This document shows, one piece after another, positions 1-12,454 of a stretch of 64,000 nt of DNA. The stretch's first letter is position 1. Each line of letters starts with the position of its first letter. The notes beneath the pieces are model-generated. The model was not told where the DNA came from and did no database searches. It worked only from the letters and a program-made list of their open reading frames with translations. Origin of the DNA: Balanoglossus misakiensis (taxonomy: Eukaryota > Animalia > Hemichordata). The position numbers and the translations under genes were made by a program. The stretch is taken from NCBI GenBank assembly GCA_040954595.2, contig CM082585.2, positions 1,952,902-2,016,901 on the forward strand, in the 5' to 3' direction.

Positions 1-1663
1 TCTCATGTCCAGACATAGTCTGATATCCCCATCAGGCTTTTGTACTGTTACAAGGGGGTTGACCCAAGAGGTCGGACCCGAAACCTTCTCTATTACTCCC
101 AGCTTTTGAAGCTCGTTGAGTTTTTTCAACAACTTTAGCACGGCGGTTGAAAGGAATTCGCCGGTACTGGGCTATGGGTTTGACACTCTCATCAATATGC
201 AAATGGAGCTTGTAGCCCTTTAACTTACCCAACCCATTAAATACCTCAGGATATTTCCTCCGCAATTCTGCAAGAATTGGCGAAGAATTATCAGCAGATA
301 TTGAATTTATTGTGTACAGATTCACATTTCCAACTCTCAACATATCTAAATTCTCAGAAGTACTCCGACTCAACAAAATCGGTTGATCAGCCTTGATCAC
401 TATAAAATCAGCAATACATTTCTTTTTAGTAGGCGCTTCAACATGTAAGGCACATTTACCCAATATATCTAAAGGTTTACTAGAACCATAGGTAAACACT
501 TTATTGTTACAATTTCGAACTTTCACACCACGCTTTTCAGCAAGTCTGCGAAATTGTCTTTCACCAATGAGATTACATGTAGCACCACTGTCGATGATAA
601 CCGGCACGTGTTGATTCTCGATCTGAATACCTGTATCAGTGAGGTCCTTCCCACTGGAAGCACGGAAAGCAGCATTGAAAGCATAGTACGCTTTCTCCTC
701 GTCAGTCTCGACGTCTGCATGGCCACCATCGGCGTTTGCATCAGTAGTCGTCTGAGCTACCTTGTGTGTACCGCGACCATCACCACGCGTACGGCCACGT
801 CCACGTGCGCTGCGGTTACCACCACTGCCTCGACTGTTGCCATTTTCACTGTCTTTAGACGGACAGTCTTCCCACTTAGCACGACAGTCTGCAGCTCTGT
901 GTCCCGGTTTTTGACATCGGAAACACCGGTCGGATTTTTGTTCGGCATTGCGAGAACTACCACTTGTACTGGCGCGACATTCACGTTGCATGTGACCTTT
1001 CCTTCCACAACGGAAACAGGCTAAGTCCGCCATTTTGTTTTTGGCGCGCGTACGTTTACCGCCAATATTGACTGCATTTGCACTCACAGCTTGAGTACCA
1101 GACACCAAAACTAGTGCATCTTTGTCGTGATACGACCGTATGATTTGTAGTAGTTTGGTAGTGTCCAAATTCTTTTCACGATACAGCTTGCTTTTTAGCA
1201 CCTTGTCGCTGATGTAGAGCAAGACACGATCTCTTATCTGGTTGTCTTTTTCCGTCTCGGGAAAATCACAGTCTTTCAGTAGGTTCTTGAGACGTATTAC
1301 GTAGCTGTCGACCGTCTCCCCGGACGTGGGAGTTGCGCTGTAAAACTTCTGTCTCGCCATAGGAACGTTTTTCTGCAGTTGAAAGTGTTTATCCAAACAT
1401 GCTATCAACGTTGCGCAGTTTGTGACGTCACCAGTTTCATCTTCAGATTTAGTGCTAACAATGTCTCTGATGCCCGCTCCAGCCATGTGCAAAAGTAAGG
1501 CACGCTTCTGCGCATTATTTGAAACACCAGAAGCTGCTACGAACAGTTCAAATTCCTGAAGCCAACGCTCCCACCTTTGCTGAAGAGCCTCCGGTTCGCC
1601 TTCACAGTCGAATCCCGCCACTCCTGGCAGTCCGGACAGCGTTACGGGTGTAGACATTTTCAT
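1..1663 (-). CDS. Gypsy gag-pol polyprotein (Gag, two CCHC zinc knuckles, aspartic protease, start of RT); frameshifted near 121-126
   Basis: ORF 32..1663 has CFRCGRKGHMQREC and CFRCQKPGHRAADC knuckles and an IIDSGA protease motif. Removing one A from the A-run after VVEK gives LNELQKLGVIEKVSGPTSWVNPLVTVQKPDGDIRLCLDMR, a Gypsy RT N-terminus. Confidence 0.92.
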
Positions 1664-1746
1664 GCACTCAAATCACGGCTAAAAAGTCACCAAATCTCGT
1701 AAAGGTTGCTTGCGTATGTTCTTCGATAGTTAATTTAGACAACTAA

Positions 1747-1759
1747 ATCCTCGTCGCCA
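1747..1759 (-). promoter_or_regulatory. Primer binding site, probably tRNA-Ser(GCT)
   Basis: Minus strand TGGCGACGAGGAT, 4 nt inside the LTR. It is complementary to the ...ATCCTCGTCG-CCA 3' end of eukaryotic tRNA-Ser(GCT), recalled from memory. Confidence 0.8.
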
Positions 1760-1763
1760 TTTA

Positions 1764-1917
1764 TGTGATGTCCGGGGAGGGGTTATTGACAGTCGACAAC
1801 GACGGAGTTCCACAGAAGTGATGTTTATTGAATGACAACCACGCGGGAACTAACAGTTACAGGAAATCACGTATACAGACCATGTGACAATCACGTGATC
1901 ATGACAATACTATCACA
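1764..1917 (-). repeat. 5' LTR (154 bp)
   Basis: Bounded by the inverted termini TGTGAT...ATCACA. AATAAA on the minus strand at 1824-1829. Directly adjacent to the PBS. Confidence 0.85.
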
Positions 1918-2175
1918 ATGATCTGATATAAACTGATGGTTCATAACTATTCACCATAGACCTGAACTTGTTTGTGACATTTACTGATGCAAATAACAAC
2001 TGCACAATTTGAATATTGCCATAACTATTTTCAAAGGTAGTTTGACACCCACCCCACCCAAAATGATAGAAGGATCAGTTAGTAACATTCTATACCCTTA
2101 CATTTTTATGTGTCAGTGTCACACATATTTAGAAGATAAATGAAAACTGAATACAAGAATAAAAGTTTGTCTAAC

Positions 2176-5100
2176 CTTTATGATCTTCTTTGACAAGTTC
2201 TTGGCAGCATGCCAAATGTCATGAGAATGTTTTATGTCTGGGTGATCGTCTCCTATAAGAGTGGGTAAATGTGATTACAAATGGAGCTTCAAAATGACAG
2301 TGTTATGATTGCCAAATACATTATCTCAGAAAAACAAAATCAACATTGACCTGTATAACAGCTTTGCTTTTGGCATTTCAAAGCAACATATAACCCAAGT
2401 TAAGATGGGTCCCTAGGATCTTTTTGCTCGTTGCTATGGGCCTTTATAGGACACTACACTCAATTTTGATCGAAACCGTTATGAACGTCCGACAAGGGGC
2501 TTGTAACTAGTTAAAAATACGCACGATTGTGTGCACACCCCCTGTCCGAGTATGGTTACGGCAGCTACCGCCCGGCCATAGGCCGCCACGCTAATACGGC
2601 AAAGCAGCAGTCACCGATAGCGTGCGCGTCCTGTAACCACAGTAACTGGATCGAACGCTAAATATCCAATGTTTTGTACACAGAGATTTTGTACCGTTCA
2701 CGAAAATCCCTAAGGCTTTTTTCATAGGCGACGTAGGCCAGCCAAATTTGACCTGCTTGTTGAGAACGCACTTCCGCATAGTGTGACGGATCGTTTTTTC
2801 GGTTTTCGTCGTGCTAAGAAGCGATACCGGTGGAAGAGTGCGTCCAAAAACACCCAAAATCGATGACTTTTTCAGGTGTGGTACGGGTATGCTGAAATCG
2901 TAGGATACAACGATAATATTCGAAAACAAAATCCGTCACGATCTTCCCTGGTTCAAGCAACTAATGAATACGTATCAAGTTCGTTTTTGAGGTCACGGAA
3001 TAAAAAGCCTTAGGCTTTTGAAATTTGACCTAGCTAATTTGCATATCAATGGCGTCAGGGGGCGCGCGCTCACAATCATGCAGATTTTCAACTAGTTACC
3101 AGCCCCTTGTTAGACTCTGAAAACGGCTTAGTCCAAATCGGGGTGTAATGTCCTATAAAGGCCCATAGCAACGGGCAAAAAGATCCTAGGGACCCATCTT
3201 AAAATCATAAAATTACACTTACTCATCAGAGCTGTAATCTGCATGTGGGCATCTGTTACGACTTCTTTGACATTTACACCTTTCTCCTGAAGCTGGTTTA
3301 GACTTTTTACAAGGCAGGCCTTTTCCATGTTTGTTGACTTCTTCTCTGTTTCTCTTTTGTCCATGGTTATTATCGACAGAATTTTCTTGGTGGTTTCCTC
3401 CATCACAGTATAGGTGCAATATTGCGCACAAAAACCCGGGGAATCCATTCGCCCATCACCTGAGACATAATCAAGTAAATATGTCAGTCAAATTATACAT
3501 AAGTATGCATAAGTGAGAACATTTCCAATTCAATGATTTTACAATGAGTATGAAATGATGCAAATGAGGAAGTAAATGCCACCAAATAATAACTATTGTA
3601 TTCTTTTCTAAATCAGCAGAATAGAGTGTGTAAGTATAAACTTTTAGACATAAATTACAAGTGCATTGGCCGACATGTGATGGATAATCAGTGGGGTGAG
3701 CCAATCAGATTAGGTGCGTGTCATTAACAATGAAGCTAAAAACTTACCCAGTAAAACAAGTTCTTGGCCATCAAATGAATCAATGATGTCTTGTTGTTGT
3801 CGTATCCAAAATTCATCAAGACATGGTATTAGATAAGCTTTCTGAATTCTATTGTAAGTATTCTGGGAGCAAATTCTGAGTGACAGAATGCTTGCCAAAA
3901 AATTAATTTTGGCATAATTATTACCAGACAATAGAATGGCAGCTGCTGTGAAGAGATCACCACTATGAAGTCTCCTGTTCAAAATTGGTTGTGAACACCA
4001 TTCGTACTCAAGGTGACCAGCTGAGCATTCCTGAAAAAAAAAAGTTTAAAGATTCATGCTTATTTGATCATTTCATGTTGATTTCTCCAAGACACGATAA
4101 AACAGATGTTAATACCGATAACTTTGTAATTTCAGTTGACTATTGTTTTTTATTATAAACCTAAAGGAACAATGTGCACCCACATAGGATTATAACTAGA
4201 GTTTCCTGTTCATCTAAATAATACTGGCATAGTGATTGTCCATACAATGCACACTACAGTTGGTATAGTTTAACAATAATTGTCAAGAATATACCATATT
4301 TAGTTCACACTCACCCACTTTAGATATAAAGCTGAGCCAACAAACTTTGAAGTAGAGGATATCAATCCACTGCAAGACTTCAATGCACAGACTTGCCTAA
4401 TAGATTTTTTGCCAAGGGCCAGAAGCTGGTTAAAAAAAACAGACATGTTGTAGAGTCACCAAGGAGGCTTTCCCCATCTTCTTCTGTGACAACTCTCTGC
4501 AGACCCGGTGATGGTGTTTCATCATCATCATCATCATCATCATCACCACCGTCACTTTCAATATCGTCGTCACCAATGGCAGGAACCACCTGCACGCCAT
4601 TAGTTCTGAGAAATGGACAAAAAATCCTAACAATGCTCATGACTTGTCCATCAGAGTTTGTCAGTCAGCTGTTAGTACAAATGTTGTAAGTTGATGTTTC
4701 ATTCATAAAAGAAAATTTATCATATATATGAATTTTAGCGTCCAACACTTAGGCTTTTTTTAACCATGAGGATATTTTGCTTTCCATTTGTTGTGTACCC
4801 ATCCAATAAGGAACTTTGATGATAGTGATAAATGCGCACTTACATTATAGAAATATCAAAGCTGGGCTCATAGTCATAATCATCATCGTCACATAGGTTC
4901 ATGTCTTCCTCTTTGTCTTCCTCAGAAATATCAATGCTCAACCTGGTAGTAATAAAACCAAGGAATTAATCTGAATAGTGGGACAATGCTGCTCACTAAA
5001 AATACATATAGTCACTCATAAGCACAAAAAAGAAAGAAAACATTTCCCATGAATTTAAGTACAAGCAAATGTTCTGACACACGTGATGCATGTCATGAAA

Positions 5101-7919
5101 CTGATTTTCCCAACAAATTTAAATTTAGTGTAACAGGAGAAAAGAAGCAATCGAAAAGGCTTGCTCAAGCAAGGGATACATGCATGCCGTATATGACAAT
5201 AGTATAAGGAAAACTTACTCAAATGGATTGATGAAAGACTCAGACAAATTTCTTGGAAATCTTACACGGCCGCTGGAGAAAAAAATGACAAAATAGGCAC
5301 ACATGAGACGGCAATATGTACTGAACTAATTTACAGCTGTGAACTAAATATAACACACATGAAAATTGAACTCTGAAACAAAGTGACAGGGGCACACAGG
5401 GACAGCAGCATCACTGCTTATTTTTACAGGTTCCTCTCTATCTTGGTTTCACACAAGTAAATTTAGGGTGCTTGGTAAACATTTGCCATTTTGCTTTCTA
5501 AGAAATATTTTCATGTTGATAGCTACACAGAATAACTTATTCACACAAGCATAAGCAAGGGAGTTAGAAATTAGTACATTTACATGTATGTAAAGCAGTC
5601 GCTCCTGCTTTTGTCCTAAAGCAGGAGATTAATGTTTATCACAAAAGGTACAAAAGAGGGGGGAAAGCCACATTTCACTATAAAAGTTTACCTAACTACA
5701 GTTTATCTTCAGATTAATAGAATCTCACACTCCCAAGGACCTGGGATCACATTTCTCATAAGAGTTGGGGATTTTCTGTCCCACACGAGCCGCAGGCTCG
5801 TGTGGGACAGAATATCCCCGACGAGTGTGAGAAATATGATCCCAGGTCCTTGGTGTGTGAGATTCTTTTTCTCACACGGTCACAAATTAGCCAAGTTCGT
5901 TAAAAACATTGAATAAATGACTCTGGAATTGTTGTCTGGGGGCACGTTGTAGTCTCTGTGCCTGTAATACACATCGCGCCATTGGATAACATTTAGTGCG
6001 CGTAGCGACAGAACACTTTGTTAACCAATCAGCACTCACGTCATATACAGCTTTCTATTCAGTGAGATTGTGAGAACAATTTGTTCCCACACTCTGTTCT
6101 CACACTCCCAGCGTACGGGGAGTGTAAGAAAAGATAGTGTCATACCTTTCACTTTGTACTGGCTGTGATGGGCCTTCTGTAGATTCCATAGGTTTCTCTT
6201 GTGATGATTCTCCTATCTCCTGAACATCTATCTCTGCAATTCCAGAGATGGAAGAAACCCTGTACAAAGAAAAAAAAGACTAAAATTTGATACATGACAA
6301 ACTAGGTCTGCACAAACGTTGTAGGTTCCAGTTCCCCCTAATCCCCCAACCAGTAAGCAGTGAAAAACCTATGTTTGCTGGATTAAAACCATAGACGTGA
6401 ATGTCTTGGTCAACACACTGAATAAATTGTATAGGATGATTTTGGTTGTTTATTGGAGGGCAAATGTCAGGTATACTTCGCCATTGTTATGTTGATTATT
6501 GTCACCTGAGAGTTTGAGCAGAGGCTTTTCCTCATACTACAGATTGTGGCTAGAAGCATTGAAATTATCATGTAATGTAAAAAAACAGTGCTTAAACACC
6601 TACCTGACTGATGATATTTCTGATGCAACTAATTCTTCTAAATTTTTTTCGATATCACAAAGATGGCCATTTCCTGGCGTTGATGTCATAGGAAAAGTTT
6701 GGGTGGCTTGTCCTTGATCATCACGTTGCCTATAAATTTTAAGAAACAAATATATACTTTTAGGTATTCCCATCTATCACACAGATAACTATGTGGAATG
6801 CAACATTTCATTGTTTCATTTCTATAAATTATATTACGGACACAATTACTTTTCATGAGCCATAAAAACATGTCACCTCTTTACAACAATATACATCATG
6901 TATACTGCAAGAGCCCCATCAAATATGAAAATCTATTGTGTACTATACAAAGCTCAAAGTATCATGATCAAAATTTATTTGGTACCTAGTTTCCATAGAC
7001 GGTGCAAATACTTGCAGTGTTTCTTGGCCACTTGGAGATGATGCAGGCCTGGTAAATTCTGCATCTGTTGTTGCTGTAACTTGATGTTCATAATACCTGT
7101 CCACACAAATAATAAGACACAATGAACCTTTTTTGCCTTTACAATGGCTTGTTTACGTAGCCAATTTCTGTCTTTAGAAGGGATTACACACAGCCATAAT
7201 TTGCCTCAGAGGACAGGTTACAGACACGTAAGGTGAGAATAAGATAACTACGAGAAAATAGCCAAATTTTTCTTCAGTTCATATACAGCTCAAGAAATGT
7301 ACACAACTGGCTATAACAAAACGGAAGTTGTAGCAGAACAAAGAACAACCAAATTCCGCTAAAAGCATATTGTCTCGTATGTTCGATAACAGTAATACAT
7401 GTAGATTGTCCGGAGGAAAAAAAAGAAAAAAAAAAAAAATTGCAGTACCGTACAATTTATCTCGCATAGTCATACATTGATACAAACGGTCCAGCGTACT
7501 ACATACAACTGCTGGTCGAGGGCGAGGTATGCGCTGGGCAAAATCACTAAGTGAAATACGACTTGAAACAGCACATTTAGAATTACATTGAGATGATGCT
7601 CGCAGTGATTCTGTGAGACACAGATTCTAAATTCATGTACACAATTCATGCCGTATCTTTGGCTATGGAGTACGTACACAGTGAATGCACGAATATGTAC
7701 TTACCGGTCGATCAGTACCTTTGCGACCTGGCGGTTCGTTTCCAATACCAAGGAGCGTTTGATTTCATTCCAACGATGAATTTCCGAGAAAATGTTTATC
7801 TGACCTACTTGTTTCAGCAATTGTTTACGTTTTTTTGCCGAAGCAGTGGTTTGTGGGCGGCCACGAGCACGTTTACGTTTACCACTGCTACTGGGAACAG
7901 ACGCCAAAGCATCCGCCAT
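2176..7919 (-). CDS. Kolobok-type DDE transposase, 10 exons (7919-7705, 7096-6986, 6729-6604, 6259-6146, 5272-5219, 4942-4844, 4605-4315, 4030-3748, 3459-3223, 2252-2176); 3' exons lie outside the window; one 1-nt frameshift in exon 7
   Basis: All junctions are GT-AG and phase-compatible. Motifs WCSQP...AAAILLSGNNYAKI, LLGDGRMDSPGFCAQYCTYT, NMEK, VVTDAH and HSHDIWHAAKNL match Kolobok transposases as I recall them. Confidence 0.85.
2404..3198. mobile_element. Non-autonomous TIR element (Kolobok-like MITE), copy 1
   Basis: TTAA TSD at 2400-2403 and 3199-3202. TIR GATGGGTCCCTAGGATCTTTTTGC... Near-identical inverted copy at 61281-62076. Confidence 0.92.
5714..6135. mobile_element. Non-autonomous fold-back DNA element (possibly Crypton-like), copy 1
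   Basis: ~145-nt palindrome at 5720-5865 centred on GAGCCGCAGGCTC. A homologous inverted copy lies at 55022-55428. Superfamily is uncertain. Confidence 0.65.
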
Positions 7920-8535
7920 GACTGTCGCTACAGCTATAATTATATGTATGACGTTTCATTTTGTGTATATACCCTTGCACATGCGCACATTGGTAATGAT
8001 CGAAGCCCGGCCCGCGTCCGCGCTCGAATAAATGGTAAAGAACGATTATTCATTTTGGTGATTTTTTTACTCTCGTGTCTACAAGCGGGATGGAACTTGT
8101 GTGTGGTCGAACGTTGATTCACTATATATCAACATTTAAAATAACATACACAGTGTCTTGAATGAATCAAAAGTAATGGAAAAAAGGCAAAAAGAGAGAG
8201 ACTTTGTCCCTTTAAGTCAAAGGCTGATATTTCTCACTGTGTGTGACCAGGGTATCATTTTAAACACAGACTGGACTTTGACTACTGTGTCCAATGGAAA
8301 AAATACATCAGCATCTATGTCTGCAAAAAGGTGTCAAAACTGACATATCTTATCATGTATGTCATCAAACTCAAAGGATAATATCTTCATTTCATGTGAC
8401 CTGCCTGGTTAAAGTTTACCGCCAACATTTCACCATGCTTTACCCACCCATGGCACAGTGTGTCAAATCCAATATTTGGTTCGATGAATGAACCATGAAA
8501 GTTTCCGAATTGGTACTACCCGAAAACTGCATGGC

Positions 8536-9170
8536 AAGCTAAATTTGGAATTTGGATGGGGTGGGGAGGTAAAGCTAACCTAACGTACAGTCGTTTAGAT
8601 TTAACATTATGCCTGTGAGTTACATGTTAATATTTTCTGCATGTCTGTCGCGTACAATGCGTCGGTGCGGAAAAATGATCACAGGTACTATTCAGAAGAA
8701 TTCCGCTGAATCATGGTGACGATGTGCATGGAAAAATCCTGATTATGATCTAACTGATAAACAATAGCATGATATTAATAAAATATACACATTAACCAAT
8801 GAATGAACCATCGTGAAGATTGTGCCCCAACACTTATTTAAGCTTTTATCATTATTATACCTTTGTCATTACTAAATATATCAACAGCCCTGTACACCAA
8901 AGCTATCACCACATTTGTTAACCTTTATTACACCATTCATATGAAACCCTTCACCATCATCAACCTCTATTATATTCATTGTTTTGGCCCATTATAATCT
9001 GTGTACCCTCAATTTTACCACAAACCATCACCACATTAGTTAACTGTTTATTAAACACTTCCACATGTGTTGCCCATTATTATACCATTGAAATTTATAA
9101 ATCGATCATCATACCTATCATACAAGCAATTGCTGATTGCTGTTAACCCTTGTGTACCACAAGCCATTAT
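8536..9170 (+). repeat. ~650-bp dispersed direct repeat, copy 1
   Basis: Starts AAGCTAAATTTGGAATTTGGATGGGGTGGGGAGG, identical to 24317, and stays colinear with it. Confidence 0.8.
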
Positions 9171-9971
9171 CATGAAATAGGCAACATGAATTTCACATAA
9201 CACAGTTTGTCAGCTCTGAGAATATTGTTCTCAGGACCATGTCCCACGCTTAATAAAAGTGTTGTGTATGTGGTACAGTTTAGATTCCTTGTCAGATTTC
9301 CCATAACACAGTTCGTGAGCCCCGAAAAGTACCATAACACAATTCTCATGAACATTTCCCATGATCAATAAAAGTGTTGTGTGTAGCATAGTCATTTTTC
9401 CGTTTGCTGTGACATTTGTCTCCGTGTGAGAGTTTAAGTAAATGTGGAAACACGCAAATTAGGCAACATCAATATCCCGTACAGAATTCAGTGTGTTTTG
9501 TTCGCATTTTTGGTTGCCATTTTGAAAATGAACAAAGGACTTTCCATTGACCAACACCCGTATGAATACGTCCAAATTACCCAACTTTAATATTCCTTAA
9601 ATAATTGGTCAGCTGTGCAAATATTTTTCACCTGACCACTTCCTTTGCTAAGCAAGAGTGTTTTTTATGTAATAATATTAATATAATATTTATAACGTAT
9701 GTAGCACATTAAATCTCAATGTGCTTTAAAGTTGTCCCATGGTCATTTGATTTAGGTCGTTGGACATAAATATTCCATTCAACTCCCTGGGGAGCAAACA
9801 ACATCTCACCATCTTTAGAAATGTCAAATTACAGTGCTTTTGGCCACGTATTAACCTGGGGATTTACAGTTAACTTTAAATACACATGCATATGCATTTA
9901 ATCCCCATGTGACTATAAAACAGTTTGTAAATGTGAATATGTCCACATTACACAACTTGAATTTTACTTAA

Positions 9972-10302
9972 AGGGACAAAGTGTCTCTCTCGCTGCCCTT
10001 TTTACCATTAATTATGTTTGATACAAGACATCGTTTATGTTGGCTGTATAGTGAATCAATGTTCGACCAAACACAACTTCCACCCCACTTGTACACACAA
10101 GAATGAAAAAACTCGCCAAAATGAATAATCGGTGTTTACCATTTATTCATTTTTGCGAGATTTTTACTCTCAGATTCTACAAACGGGATGAAAGTTGTTG
10201 GTTGAATGTTGATTCACTATATAGCCACATGTAGAATAACATAAATGGGTTCATGTATCAAACTTAATTGAACAATGGTGGCGAAAGAGAGACTTTGCCC
10301 CT
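9972..10302. mobile_element. Palindromic MITE related to the Kolobok terminus
   Basis: TTAA-AGGGACAAAGT...ACTTTGCCCCT-TTAA. Both arms resemble 8027-8211. The paralogous empty site is CCTTAAATAATTGGTCAGC at ~9595. Confidence 0.85.
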
Positions 10303-10379
10303 TTAAACAATTGGTCAGCTCTGCGAATATAGTTCACCTGACCACTTCCTTTGCTAAGTAAGAGTGTTGTTTATGTAAT

Positions 10380-10722
10380 GATATCAATATAATATTTATT
10401 ACTTATATAGCACATTACACAATAAATCTCAATGTGCTGCTTCAAAGTGTTTCCCATGGTAATTTGACCTAGGTCGGTGGACCTAAAATATTCCATCCCA
10501 CTCCATGGGGAGCAAACAACAGCTCACATGTGCAGCTTTTATATCAGCACAGCAGACCTAAACATACTCATTACAATATCGGATCCACCAAATTACCTTT
10601 TCTTATGGGCGGGGAGAGGCAAGGAGATGTAAACACCACAACACCACAACCATGCCAGGGATCAAACCCTTGATTCTTTGATTATGGGTCTGATGCTCTA
10701 ACGACTGGACTATGACTTTATG
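10380..10722 (-). mobile_element. tRNA-derived SINE (Deu/Nin-core-like, L2-like tail)
   Basis: Minus strand has a tRNA-like head (TAGTCCAGTCGTTAGAGCATCAGAC...GGGTTTGATCCC), a CTCCCCATGGAGTGGG core and a tail ending GTGCTATATAAGTAATAAATATTATATT. 3' fragments at ~9675-9808 and ~12318-12448. Confidence 0.7.
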
Positions 10723-11679
10723 TGGCACAATGACCTTTCCATTTAGTGCCTTGTTCAGCTCTCAGTCAGGGTTTAAGCAAATATGGAAACATGCATATTA
10801 GGCTCTTTGAATTTCCAAAAATTCAGTGTGTCAGCTCCCATTTCCCAAGACCAGTTCCCGTGCTAAATAAAAGTGCTGTGTGTGGCATAATCATTTTTCC
10901 GTCTGCTGTGACATTTGTCTCCCTGTGAGAGTTTAAGTAAATGTGGAGACACGCAAATTAGGCAATCCCATATATCCCATACATAATTCAGTGTGTTTTG
11001 TTCACATTTTTGGTTTTTATTTTGAAAATGAACAAAGGAGTTTCCTATCATTGAGCAACTCACTCCATTAACAGTTGCTCGATATGCAGGCTAACTTGCT
11101 AGATCACTAAAGACTTAAAGCATGTTGAGGTTGGTGCCCCAAACCCTCTTGAAGACAACTGGTTGCTAACGATTGCCAATTAGGCAATTTGGATATTCTA
11201 CACATAACCCAGTTTGTCAACTTTGAGAATACTGTTCTCAATACTATTTCCCATGCTTAATAGAAGTGTTGAGTAACAGTATGTGGTAGAATGGCATTCC
11301 TATACGTTGCCTTCTTTTGCTCATTATCACGGTTTCAGTAAATTTAGAGACACGCAAGTTTAGCAGCTTGAATTTCTCATAACACAGTTTTGAGCTCCGA
11401 GAACACAGTTCTCATGAACATTTCCCATGCTCCATAAAAGTGTTGTGTATGTCTTACAATGATCTTTCCATACGCTGCCTTGTATAGCTGCTGTTAATAA
11501 TTCAAGTTAATGTGGAGACGTATTAGGCAACATCAACGTCCCATACATAACACAGTTTGTAGGTATGAATACATCCAAAATACCCAACTTTAATTTTCCT
11601 TAAAGAATTGGTCAGCTCTGCAAATATATTTCACCTGACCACTTCCTTAGCTAAGTAAGAGTGTTGTTTATGTAATATT

Positions 11680-12312
11680 ATCATACATGCAACGCCTGTA
11701 TTTAACACTTTCTATTGTTCTCGCCCCGAAGATATTTTACGGTATTTCACAATGTGAAAATATCGCGTCCACGTCTCGGCGTGACAGTTCACTGCGCGCG
11801 CGAGCGACACACGGGGCATAGTGGAGAGGGGTGTTGTAAAATTCGGTTATTAGAAGCTGTAATAAAGTTTTCAAAGCTGGCGGTTTTGTCATGTTGAATG
11901 CATCAGTTTTAGTTCTTCGAAATTCTCAATGCAAAATAATTGTTAACATGATATTTTGAAAGAGAACGTAGACAATTTTATTTAGAATGTGGATGTGCCC
12001 ATCGTAATGAAAGCTGCCAACCCCCTTAAAATGATACTACGGCCCACACGTCATACGTCACAACATGGCTACTGCCGTGATCCCAGCGCCCGGTTCAAAT
12101 TTGAAATTATTTTTCTCGGCGCATTTCTGCAAATCGTACTGTTTTATAGGTAGGCATGTATGATAAAGAGGTTATTACACGAATTTTGGTCGATAACGCG
12201 ACGCATTCTCGTGATGTCTGTATTTTGACTCGTTGCGAAGCGCAACTCATCAAAATACGGACATCACTCGAATACGACGCGTTATCGACCAAAATTCGTG
12301 TAATAACCCCTA
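11680..12312. mobile_element. Fold-back DNA element with a terminal ~140-nt palindrome
   Basis: GGTTATTACACGAATTTTGGTCGATAACGCG...CGCGTTATCGACCAAAATTCGTGTAATAACC at 12170-12308. It interrupts a unit that is contiguous at ~9668. Confidence 0.7.
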
Positions 12313-12454
12313 AATATTAATATAATATTTATAACTTATGTAGCACATTAAATCTCAACATGCTTTAAAGTTGTCCCATGGTAATTTGACCTAGGTCGTT
12401 GGACCTTACTATTCCATTCAACTCCCTGGGGAGCAAACAACATCTCACCATCAT

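Larger units (their letters stand above)
1..1917 (-). mobile_element. Gypsy/Ty3 LTR retrotransposon, 5' part (continues beyond the window start)
   Basis: LTR, PBS and gag-protease-RT occur in the canonical order on the minus strand. Confidence 0.95.
1918..8211 (-). mobile_element. Kolobok DNA transposon (5' half)
   Basis: Terminus ...ACTTTGTCCCT followed by TTAA (8212-8215), i.e. an RR..YY end at a TTAA target, ~290 bp upstream of the transposase ATG. The same terminus forms the MITE at 9972-10302. Confidence 0.8.
9175..11680. repeat. Degenerate local repeats and duplications
   Basis: Recurring blocks CATAACACAGTT..., AATAAAAGTGTTGTGT, GGAGACACGCAAATTAGGCA and AATTGGTCAGCT...TTCACCTGACCACTTCCT (9603, 10309, 11606). 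Confidence 0.7.

Noticed and set aside
2591-2929. ORFs inside the TTAA MITE (also 61550-61889)
   Set aside because: Frameshifted between the two copies, with non-ATG starts and no domain.
7635-8117. 160-aa plus-strand ORF as the Kolobok accessory gene KolX
   Set aside because: It is antisense to transposase exon 1, runs into the terminal region and has no recognisable Cys-rich KolX motif.
8536-9170. LTR pair with 24317-25035
   Set aside because: No TG..CA termini, PBS, PPT or retroelement coding sequence between the copies.
10645-10722. tRNA gene
   Set aside because: Stems are degenerate and the sequence continues into a SINE core and tail, so it is treated as a SINE head.
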